Origin: an uncultured virus (IMG/VR IMGVR_UViG_3300010885_058378)
Lineage: Duplodnaviria; Heunggongvirae; Uroviricota; Caudoviricetes
Length of the DNA stretch: 64,000 nucleotides
Direction: 5' to 3' (one strand)
Virus record (IMG/VR): IMGVR_UViG_3300010885_058378
Coordinates: 62,001 to 126,000 of that record
Translations under genes and position numbers: made by a program
The notes under the pieces: model-generated
What the model was told of the DNA's origin: nothing
What the model saw: only the letters and a program-made list of their open reading frames with translations
Databases searched by the model: none
In this document: piece after piece, positions 9,147 through 18,900 of the stretch
How the letters are laid out: each line of letters starts with the position of its first letter
How positions within the stretch are numbered: the first letter of the stretch is position 1

Positions 9147-9816
9147 TGCTCTAATACTAGTACCAGAAATTACTAAAGGAATGAAGTCCATAGGATCTAA
9201 ATCCTTACTAGAGATCAAAAAAAAATTATCAGTATTAGACTATCAGATACAGTCGATTAGAAACATAGATAAGAATATTAAGATATCAATTTGCACCGGC
9301 TTTGATTCTGAAAAAATTATTAATACAATCAGTAATAACTATGGAAATGTTAATTATATATATAACCAGGACTATAAAACCACAAATCAAGCATACTCCA
9401 TAAAGATATATTTAGAACAACAGACTCATTGTGAACAGCTACTAATCGTATCAAATGGAGTCTTATTAAAAGACAAATGCATAACTAAAAATATGCTAAA
9501 TAGCGAATGTAAGGTATTCATTTTAAATAAAACTCGTGAAAACTTTAATCTTGGATGTTCAGAGCAACAACAGTTTGAATATCTATTTTATGATCTACCA
9601 GAACTTTGGTCAGAATGTATTTATCTCAATAAGGAAGCATTGACAGTATTACGAAATTTATTTACAAGTAACTGTGCCTCTCAGATGTACCTTTTTGAAC
9701 TGATCAATGAAATGATAAATAAAAATATACTATTCAAAAAACAATATATAGATAAAAAATTAATTATGAAAATTTGTAATTTCAAGGATATAACTAAAGC
9801 TAAAAATTTTATATGA
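9139..9816 (+). CDS. NTP-transferase-like protein (LicC/GlmU GT-A-fold family, degenerate)
   Basis: ALILVPEITKGMKSIGSKSLL, CTGF..EKI, YNQDYKTTNQAYS match the layout of sugar/choline-phosphate nucleotidyltransferases, but the GxGxR motif is altered. Confidence 0.6.
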   Translation: MIDALILVPEITKGMKSIGSKSLLEIKKKLSVLDYQIQSIRNIDKNIKISICTGFDSEKIINTISNNYGNVNYIYNQDYKTTNQAYSIKIYLEQQTHCEQLLIVSNGVLLKDKCITKNMLNSECKVFILNKTRENFNLGCSEQQQFEYLFYDLPELWSECIYLNKEALTVLRNLFTSNCASQMYLFELINEMINKNILFKKQYIDKKLIMKICNFKDITKAKNFI

Positions 9817-10547
9817 CAACATTATTAGTTCAAAACTCTAAATCTAAATTTATACAAACTAGTGTATATTCTAATATTCCTAATACTAACATTATTGGGT
9901 CTAGCATAGATAGTCATCTATATAAGATATACTATTCACACAATCCTACTCATGCCATATTTTGTGCAAACAGACTCACTGATGAGATTATTCAGTTTAT
10001 ATCAGACTTCTCTTCTACGAAGGTAAAATGTTTTATATATCACGATAATTTATCTTTTGAGATATTAGATCAATTCAAAGAATTGCCGGTAACTCATATT
10101 AGCAAAATAAAAATTAAATCCGAATATAAATCTGTTTTATTACCTAAAAATCTAATTAATAGTCAATTATTTTATAATAATGCATCAATAACTAAAAAAG
10201 AATCAATAGTATGCTTCGTTGATGATTATGAAACCATTCCAGAAAGTCTAAGCAATTATTTATATCCTAATACGACTATTCCAATAAAACTATTTAATAA
10301 TTATAATATTCCTCATTATCAAAATCTTGGCATGTTAGACGAAACAAGTAAAGCAAATATTTTACAGTCTCATAAGTATTATTTATCTATAGAAAATAAT
10401 AAAAATGACTATTCGCTGGAGGCTAGTCTTTGTGGTAGTATAGTTGTTGATATTGATAAAATTCAAAATTATGAAACAATAGAATATACAGAACCAAAAG
10501 ACTATTACGATCTCGCAACTTTTATTAAAGAAAGTATTTTAATATGA
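9813..10547 (+). CDS. Hypothetical protein, possibly GT-B-like
   Basis: QNLGML...ILQSHKYYL...YSLEASLCGS resembles the GT-B C-terminal EA..CG motif. Confidence 0.45.
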   Translation: MTTLLVQNSKSKFIQTSVYSNIPNTNIIGSSIDSHLYKIYYSHNPTHAIFCANRLTDEIIQFISDFSSTKVKCFIYHDNLSFEILDQFKELPVTHISKIKIKSEYKSVLLPKNLINSQLFYNNASITKKESIVCFVDDYETIPESLSNYLYPNTTIPIKLFNNYNIPHYQNLGMLDETSKANILQSHKYYLSIENNKNDYSLEASLCGSIVVDIDKIQNYETIEYTEPKDYYDLATFIKESILI

Positions 10548-10999
10548 ATGACGTAGGTTTTGTTTTAGTTAAGCTTTCAAATGACGAGGCCCACAATAAC
10601 ATACTTTCTGCTATAAAAGAAATAGAAAAAAATAATCCATATAATCAAACTGTAATTTTTAATAGCTATTGTGAAAAAGCCAATCTATATAATTTGCCAG
10701 TATTACATCTAAGCCAATCACAATTTTTTAATGGAACTTTATTTTTATTTGATTTACCCAGTGTTATACTTACTAATAAATTCCCCAATCTAAAAAGAAG
10801 AATATTATATACCAATTCCTTACCGTGGTCTAGTAATCCAGGCACCAGATACGAAGAATGGAAATCTCTTTATGATCAAGATTCATTAGATATTTTAGTT
10901 AATAATAATGATATCTATAATATATATGATATATGCTGGAAAAAACCGATAGGAATATCTGAAAGGTTTAATTATGAAGAAATCTCAAAATTTATATGA
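10544..10999 (+). CDS. Hypothetical protein in the glycosyltransferase cluster
   Basis: 151-aa ORF with ATGA coupling. Confidence 0.6.
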   Translation: MNDVGFVLVKLSNDEAHNNILSAIKEIEKNNPYNQTVIFNSYCEKANLYNLPVLHLSQSQFFNGTLFLFDLPSVILTNKFPNLKRRILYTNSLPWSSNPGTRYEEWKSLYDQDSLDILVNNNDIYNIYDICWKKPIGISERFNYEEISKFI

Positions 11000-11771
11000 T
11001 GGTTTAACAGACTCTGATAAACTTGAACTATTGCAAACTTTGTATATTGATCAAAAACATAGTTTTGCAGATATTGCATCTATGCATGGAACATATGCGA
11101 ATAAAATTAGACGAGATGCTAAAAGACTTAAGCTAAGTATCAGAGATAAATCAGAGGCTCAAAAGAATGCTTTGAGTACTGGCAAGCACGAACATCCAAC
11201 AAAAGGTAAAAAAAGAAATGACGTTGTTAAACAGAAAATAGGAAAGTCTGTTATGGACTCTTGGGATAATCTCACAGAAACAGAATTGGAACAAAGAAAA
11301 CAGAAAGCTAAATTAGCTTGGGAAAAATTAGACGAAGATACTAAGATTAATATGCAGCAATCGGCCATGAAAGCCGTTAGAGAATCTAGCAAAACAGGAT
11401 CAAAACTAGAAAAGTTCATACATAAAAAATTGTTGAGCTTAGGATATCAAGTTCAGTTTCATAAAGAGCAATCGTTGGTAAATACCAAGTTGCAGATTGA
11501 TATCTTTTTGCCTACTATTAATACGGCCATTGAGGTTGACGGTCCAAGTCATTTTGAACCAGTTTGGGGAGAAAAGAGTTTGGAACGTAATGTTGGATAT
11601 GACCAGAAGAAAGAGGGTTTAATAACTGGCAGAGGATGGCATCTAATTAGAATTAAACAATTAAAAGATTATTCTCCTTCACGAGCATCATTGGTGGTTG
11701 AAAAATTGATACCGATTCTTGATAAATGTTCAAATGAAAAAACTCCACAAAAAATAATAATAGAGGACTGA
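10974..11771 (+). CDS. Vsr/DUF559-like endonuclease with N-terminal HTH and basic repeats (putative homing endonuclease)
   Basis: SFADIASMHGTYANKIRR (HTH-like), GSKLE, IDIFLP..NTAIEVDGPSHF, DQKKE...GWHLIRI. Confidence 0.78.
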   Translation: MKKSQNLYDGLTDSDKLELLQTLYIDQKHSFADIASMHGTYANKIRRDAKRLKLSIRDKSEAQKNALSTGKHEHPTKGKKRNDVVKQKIGKSVMDSWDNLTETELEQRKQKAKLAWEKLDEDTKINMQQSAMKAVRESSKTGSKLEKFIHKKLLSLGYQVQFHKEQSLVNTKLQIDIFLPTINTAIEVDGPSHFEPVWGEKSLERNVGYDQKKEGLITGRGWHLIRIKQLKDYSPSRASLVVEKLIPILDKCSNEKTPQKIIIED

Positions 11772-11775
11772 TTTT

Positions 11776-12504
11776 ATGGTTAAAAAGGAAAAGACAGAGA
11801 AAGTTGAAGAAGTTAAGGCTGACGTTGTTGATAAGAAGATTCCAAAGACTACGGATTTAGAATGGACCGATTATGTTTTAAGCCTATTATCAGAAGACGA
11901 AAAGATATCGGGCAATCCAACAACCGATGGATTAAGACGAATTTTTGAAATTGCTCTTAATTGTAGAGTTGTTGTTTCTAGTTCTAAGGTTGTACAATCT
12001 CCTGATCCAAATAACGAAAAAAGAGCCACTGTGGTTCATTCTGTTGTGTATCTTTTAAATGATGCCTCTCCTGACAGGCCTGAATTTAATACCGTGTCTG
12101 TGGATGGAGCAGCGGACGTTTATTGGGGGAACTGTGACAAGGTTTATAGGAATCATCCTGTTGCCGTAGCAGAAACACGAGCAGAAGGCAGAGCTTTAAG
12201 AAGAGCCCTTAAACTAAGGAAAGTAGTAGCAGCAGAAGAATTGGCCAAAGAAATTGAAGACAATCCAGATAACAGTAGTGTTTCTAAGATTAGTAATAAT
12301 CAGATTAATTTTATTGACGTTATGGCTCAAAGACTTAATATAAATGTGGTTAAGTTGTTTAATAATAATCAATTACCCACAGATAATGTCTATTCTGTTT
12401 CTCATGATGATGCTGTTAATATTATACGATTATTGTCAAAGTATCAACAAAATATATCAGAGATTTCAGAAGATATTATGGGATACTCTAGCGATTGGAA
12501 ATAA
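11776..12504 (+). CDS. Rad52/Sak-like single-strand annealing protein
   Basis: HPVAVAETRAEGRALRRAL helix and preceding beta-strands typical of the Rad52/Rad22 family; C-terminal ISNNQINFI module. Confidence 0.6.
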   Translation: MVKKEKTEKVEEVKADVVDKKIPKTTDLEWTDYVLSLLSEDEKISGNPTTDGLRRIFEIALNCRVVVSSSKVVQSPDPNNEKRATVVHSVVYLLNDASPDRPEFNTVSVDGAADVYWGNCDKVYRNHPVAVAETRAEGRALRRALKLRKVVAAEELAKEIEDNPDNSSVSKISNNQINFIDVMAQRLNINVVKLFNNNQLPTDNVYSVSHDDAVNIIRLLSKYQQNISEISEDIMGYSSDWK

Positions 12505-12506
12505 AT

Positions 12507-12842
12507 ATGAAAGTTTTATACAGAGCGAGTGATAAGTTATCTTTTGAGCTTGAAGGATCTGGTCAAAAGGAAATATTTAAAGAGTTAGCACTAATCCAAG
12601 AAATTTTTGCTGAAGCTAAGTGCGGATTGTGCGGAAGTACTAACCTAAGATTCATAGTAAGGAATGTAGAAGGAAATGATTACTATGAACTTAGGTGTTC
12701 TGATTGTGGTGCTATATTAGCATTCGGTCAGCACAAGAAGGGCGGAACATTATTTCCAAAAAGAAAAGATGATGATGGAAATAATCTTCCAAACAGAGGC
12801 TGGCATAAGTGGACAGCTAAAGATACTAAAGACAAGAACTAA
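12507..12842 (+). CDS. Zn-ribbon protein
   Basis: CGLCGS...YYELRCSDCGA; ATG at 12507 just after the previous stop. Confidence 0.7.
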   Translation: MKVLYRASDKLSFELEGSGQKEIFKELALIQEIFAEAKCGLCGSTNLRFIVRNVEGNDYYELRCSDCGAILAFGQHKKGGTLFPKRKDDDGNNLPNRGWHKWTAKDTKDKN

Positions 12843-12863
12843 TTCTTATTCTTTTTTAATTTT

Positions 12864-12904
12864 CGACAACCCTGCGTTCATCTTGGGCGCAGGTGTTGTC
12901 GTTT
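12864..12904 (+). terminator. Stem-loop at the junction of the convergent transcription units
   Basis: CGACAAC-CCTGCGTTCA-tct-TGGGCGCAGG-t-GTTGTCG followed by TTT. G.U pairs favour folding on the + transcript. Confidence 0.65.
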
Positions 12905-12906
12905 AA

Positions 12907-15900
12907 TTATTCATATTCGTATGGTATCATTTCCCATGGAAAATAACTAGCAGCAACATCGGACTTATTTTCTATCTTATCAACGCTGCCAAAAAATGAT
13001 CTGAATATCATTTCATTTTGTAGTTTAAAAAAGTCTGGTAGTGTTGTTGGTTCCAGACTGAATGTTAGAGGATTCCTTTGTAGTGCCACCCAAACATACA
13101 GACTATTATTTATATTACCTACTTGAGCATTAGATAAGTCTGTCTCGTATGGAACTGGGGGACTTGTAAAACTAGCTGGTCTAAAATCAGACTTTGATCC
13201 ATATCTATAAACCGTAGATAAAATATCAACTCCTCTTAACATTCTGGGTATTCTTTTTACCATTACTGATATGTTATTTGCATTGTCTAGATTAACGATA
13301 TTACAAACTCTTGTTGGTTTTCCTATTCTAGTATTGCCTAATGTCATCATACCTTTGCCTCCTGGACTTCCAATATTAGTTTGGCAACCACCAATTCCAG
13401 ACAAATCTAAAGTATCACCAGAATTGTCATTACCTTGATTTTCGTTTGTTAATGGAACAGCATATGATTCTGTTGATTCTATTGTCACCTCTGAACCTGG
13501 ACCCAGAATATTATCCATGGTTTGATCGCCATTAATATTAAAATATCTTAGTTTAGTCAAAGTTTTCCATCCTGTAATAGCAGGATACTGTCTTTGAAAT
13601 GCATTTTTTTGCTGAGTAATACTGTTACTATTTATTGTATATGTAAACTCATTAACATTAGAAGTTATATTCTCTGTTGCACCAAAATCAAACTGTATTC
13701 CCTGATCAGGTTTAGTTGTAAAAAATGGACATATATTATTATCTATATGAGGAGTAGAAATATCTAATACAGGATTAGCTTCTGTGCATTTATATTTTGT
13801 TGAAATCAATACTTTAGGATTGCTTTCAAAATCTTGAAAACATGATTGTTTGCTGTCAATATTAATCCAATAATGGTCTTTATTAGCCTCTCTGTAATAA
13901 ACATAAATTGGACCGGACTGTGCCCCCTCATTTTGTCCTCTCCATTCGATTCCAGATAATACTGGTTCAATTTTTGGCAGTATGTATGGGGATATTCTTC
14001 TGGAGTCTGTTATTGGCAGTGATGATTTTAATTTATAGTTAGAGTAATCAGATCTGTTTAATTGATATATTGTATTATTTGCAGGAATATCAAAAACTGT
14101 TTGTTCATCTAATAATTGTATTATAGAGTTTTTCTCTTCTAATAAATCTTTTATAGCAGCATATGTCTTTTTCTTGTTGCAAGCCGAGGCATTTGCTGGA
14201 CTTGGTGTGTAGCAGTCTATCGGATCATCCTCTAGTTTGGCGTAGTGTTTTTGTAAATATTTTAATTTAGAAGAATTTAATATTGTAGATGTTGATCCTG
14301 GAACCCCAACTGCTGCTTCAAGAGTATTGTCTACTCCTGTGCTCTCTATAGTAGATAGTCTAGAAATGACCCAACTAAGTTCACTAGTGGTAATAGATCT
14401 CATTGGTTTATATTCATAATACTTATTTTCTATCTCTAATTCGCCAGTACTTATTCCTGAAGTTAGTGAGTTGACTCCATCATCTGTTCGTATTATAGAA
14501 AAATTACTTGGTATATCATTATATGCAGATGAGAACTGTATGTTTTTAACTATTATATCATGATTCGTGGCATCATCGGTATCAGATTTAATATAATAAT
14601 AATCCTTGTTTTCTTTTTCTTTTCTAAAGATTGGAGTTAAAACATTTAGATCTTCTTTAGAGTATGAGAACCCATAGCTGGAATTAGAAACAAAACCAGT
14701 ATTCTCTATCCCGCTTACAAAGATTTTTATCTTATTATGTTTTATCTTGTCGTTGTTTCTATTATTAAAAATATCATTAATTTCTTGTAATTGATTATTA
14801 TGTATATTATTTGATAACATATTCTTATTCATAAACAAAGACATATCTCCATAAGATCCAACCGAATGAGTTGTTGGAGCAATATCTGTTATATTGTTAA
14901 ATACGTTTTTATTAATATAATCTGCTCCCCATATATTATATTTTTTGCTTGTCTTATCTATAATTGTTGTTTCGTCTTTATATGTTAAAAAAATATTCAT
15001 TGTATTAGGAACAGACATTAGATTATATCCAGAAACACTATTCTCAAACACTAATAAAGAATAGTATTTATTATTTTTATAGATTAATCCTTTTTTACTT
15101 ATTGTTGCATTAGTTGAGGAGGTTCCAGAACAACTAACTATGTCACCCTTCTTAAATATATCATAAGGTATTTTACCTTTAACTAGTACAGCTTTGTTCT
15201 CTGATAAATCGATACTAGATAAAGAATTGGAAGATCCTAAAATAGCATTATGTTGTAAATAATGGTTTGCTTTAGATAGTGCTGAAGGATCTAGTTTTAG
15301 ATTTGTCCAAGTTTCATTATTTTTTGCAATACATATTTGTGATGGATTTTCACATCCGTTTCCTGTAAATGCAACTCTAACTATGTCTCCTTCGTTTATG
15401 AATGAGTCTGATATAGCAGTGGGGAGTGGTAAACTTGGTAAATTTGATCCACAGCTTAAATTTATTTGTTTAATAAAATTTTGATCAATTAAATCTTCAA
15501 TAGAATTAATAAGATCAAATGAGAAATCACCCAAACCATCTACTCCTCCAGATAATTTGATAAACTTATATCTATCTGGTTTTAGTATCGGTGTGTTATG
15601 ATATTTAAAAATACTCGCTTCAGCAGTATACCATAAAGAACTAGGTTTTTTAAAATTAATTAATATCTTTTCTGGAGAACCAAATGGATATTTAGCATAG
15701 CTCGGAAAATAAATCTGTCTTCCTTGATTCTCCAAGCTTTCACTAAAACGAACTTCTTTAAAGTAATCAAAAATAGCATTATACCCCGGACTATTTACGG
15801 CACCTTCAAGACCAGCCAAAGCACCAACTAAAGTTCCCCCAGTTGTTGCTCCATAACCAGCCAAAGCGGCCATGATTTGTATTATAGCATAGTCTGGGAA

Positions 15901-18900
15901 TTCTGGCGGCCTAACCATAACACCTTGACCTGTTGGATCGTCCTGCGAGGTTAAGCAAGTTGTTGAGTCAGCTATACAGGAATATGGGGCATTATAATTA
16001 GCAATTGGTAATAAGTGTTTTTGACTACTAAGATCTGCAATAAAACTGTAACCAGGATACGATGGATCTTTTTTATAGTCAAACAGAGATAATGCATCAT
16101 TATTCCCATAAGAAGCCAAACTGGGATTAGTGGTAGGAGTAGAATCCCTAACTGGACCAACATGAAGTATTAATTCCCAGTTGCATAATGAGTTATACAA
16201 TAAATGAGATTTAGTTTTATTCTCTGTACTCTCTAAGCCAGATAAATATTGATTATTTATTGTTGAATCTAGCACATTCATATCATCTTCTTCATCAAGA
16301 ACCATAATATTCAGAGTAAATTTAGTTTTTCCATCAAGATCTCCTTCTCTCTGTTTTGGGGCATGATCAGGACCACACGGACCATCCATTGGACCCTTGT
16401 TTCTAAACAAAGTATTTGCAACAAATTTACTAAAATTATTATTACTAATATTTAATCTGTTGTGTTTTATAATAGAAGAATATTCGCAACATTCTCTGTC
16501 AGAGTATCCTGTTGCCGCAATGGTCGGCAAAATCTCATCATTTGATCTTATAATATTTTGTAATCTAGAGGCTTGGCTTGTCATATAGGAATATTGTCCG
16601 CTAGGATGATAATATCCAGAGCCTAGCATATTCATATCGCAAGGAACATTAAATTTTGAGGCATGGTCTGAGAATTTAACACTAAAATTATAATTGTTAT
16701 TTTGTATAGTCTCTTGATTTAATAAAACTAATTTAAATATATTACCTGGTAATCCAGATGGACTATTCATTCCCACCAAATCCTTAAGATAACTTTCAAC
16801 TTTTGTATTATTTAATGATCCATCAATACTGGTTTGGTTAGGTTTATAATTACCAAAAAATATTCTTGGATTTAATGTTTGATCTAAAAATTCTTCACTA
16901 CTTTTAAGAGGAGATGGTGGGGGATTTGCTGTGGAGCCAAATCTGGAACTATCTTCAGCACTTGCATATTCTACATCTAGCCAAACCACCATATTTTTAG
17001 TATTAACATAGTTTAAAAAATTTAATTTAATCTCAATATCTTTGATTCCAAATGCATTTACTCTTGGAATCCTAAATTGCATTCGTCCGTCTGGTAATTG
17101 AATTTTATCTGGTAAAGAATTAGGCCCAGTAACAGCAAATGAATAATAGAAATTAGTTGTAGCTTGATCAGTTAAAAATTCATCATTAGCTATTGGAAAG
17201 TTATTAGTTGCCGTAGCTTCTATTCCTTTTGGTTCGCCACCAGCAAGTATTCTATATCCATGATTGCTAGAATTATTGCTATTTGTTATTTTTGTATCTA
17301 TATAATTTTTATGTTTTTGATTATCATTGTATAGTTGAATATCTGCTCCTGGCGGCGGAGATTCACAAGAACAAGCAGGATCCCATTGAATTTCTTTTGC
17401 TATTCCTAGTGTTACTGAACTAGAAAAAGTTTTTGATTGTATTATATTATTTTCGCTATTTATTGGTCCAGATCGTAGTCTTGTTATCTGGGGGCCTAGA
17501 AAGCTAAAAGAGTCTCTTGCTCCAGGATTAAACTTTAATACTCCACATCTATTAGCATGTATAGAATATTCATTTCCTCCAGAATATGGTATCCACCCAC
17601 TATTTGGATGAAAAACACCCTTACTAAATGGCAAAATTAAGCCAGTACCACTTACCATTACTGCTTTTTGATAGCATAATTTGTAAGTTGATGTGTCTGG
17701 GAAATTACGATAATTTAGTGGAAAACCAGTTATTACAGGAAGATTTGTTGACGCTCCTGGCCCAGCAACAATACCGTTGTCGTTAATTGAGGTCTGTGGT
17801 TTAGTTAGTCCATTAATCTCCACCCCTATAGAATCTATAAATTTTTTACTATATCCTCCATAAGCTTTGATTTTTGGTGCTTTCTTTGTGCTAATTGTTG
17901 GATAGTTAAAGTCTCCAACCTCTTTAATATTTTTGGCTAAATTTCTTGCAGAGTCCCATTCATAAGCTCGTAATGTGAATCCTTCAGGGTCTTTATTGGT
18001 TCGAATTGTTCTATTAAAGTTAACATTCCTGGTATTAACAACATTTCCGTGGCTGTCAGTTTCAGAAATTCTGGAACTTGTTTTGACACTTCTAATTTTT
18101 GGAAAATATAAACTTAGGCATTGAGAACACTCGTCTTGGTCTGTTCTTATTTTTTCTAACCATACTGAATGCAGTTTTACTATTGTATTGTTGTTTTCAT
18201 ATATCAAAGTTAACGGACAAGTCTCTCTATATATATAATTTGAACTATAACCAAAAATATAATCTTTAGATAATGAATATACATCATCTTGGGCTCTTGT
18301 TCCTAATGTTCCTATAAATTCCCTAACAGAAAAATCTGTTTTTATTGGATAAATTACTCCATGATAATTACTAATTGCTATTTTATTTATCTTTGATATA
18401 TTTGATTTTATAAGATCTTTATCAAGAATTAATGGAATATTTTCGCTAACTATATATGAAGGAGTAACCAATGGAGGATATACCCAAGATATATTTTTAC
18501 TATCCCAATATTTGCCATAAGAAACGGCATTTTCTTTCATAGCCCCGCCCTGACCAATAACTAACTGTCTACCATCAACAACATATATGGTTTTTTGTTT
18601 TTTAAATGTTCCAAATGGACTAGATATTGTGCATTGAAAAGTATATTTACCTGTATAATTTGTATAGAATATAACCTCATTAGAAGTTCCAGATAATAGT
18701 CCATTATCTCCAAAAGTTCCTTCTGGTCCACTCAGTTGTTCCCAAAAGAAAGAGTTTTGACTATTAATATAATTTATCAAAGATAGTTCAGACCCTTCGT
18801 CATAAGACTTCTCTATCTCTGCTATTGTCAAAGCAGATAATTGTATTCCCGATTCTTGTAGCTTAGAACAATGTGGCTGAGTTGGACCAAATTGTAGATT

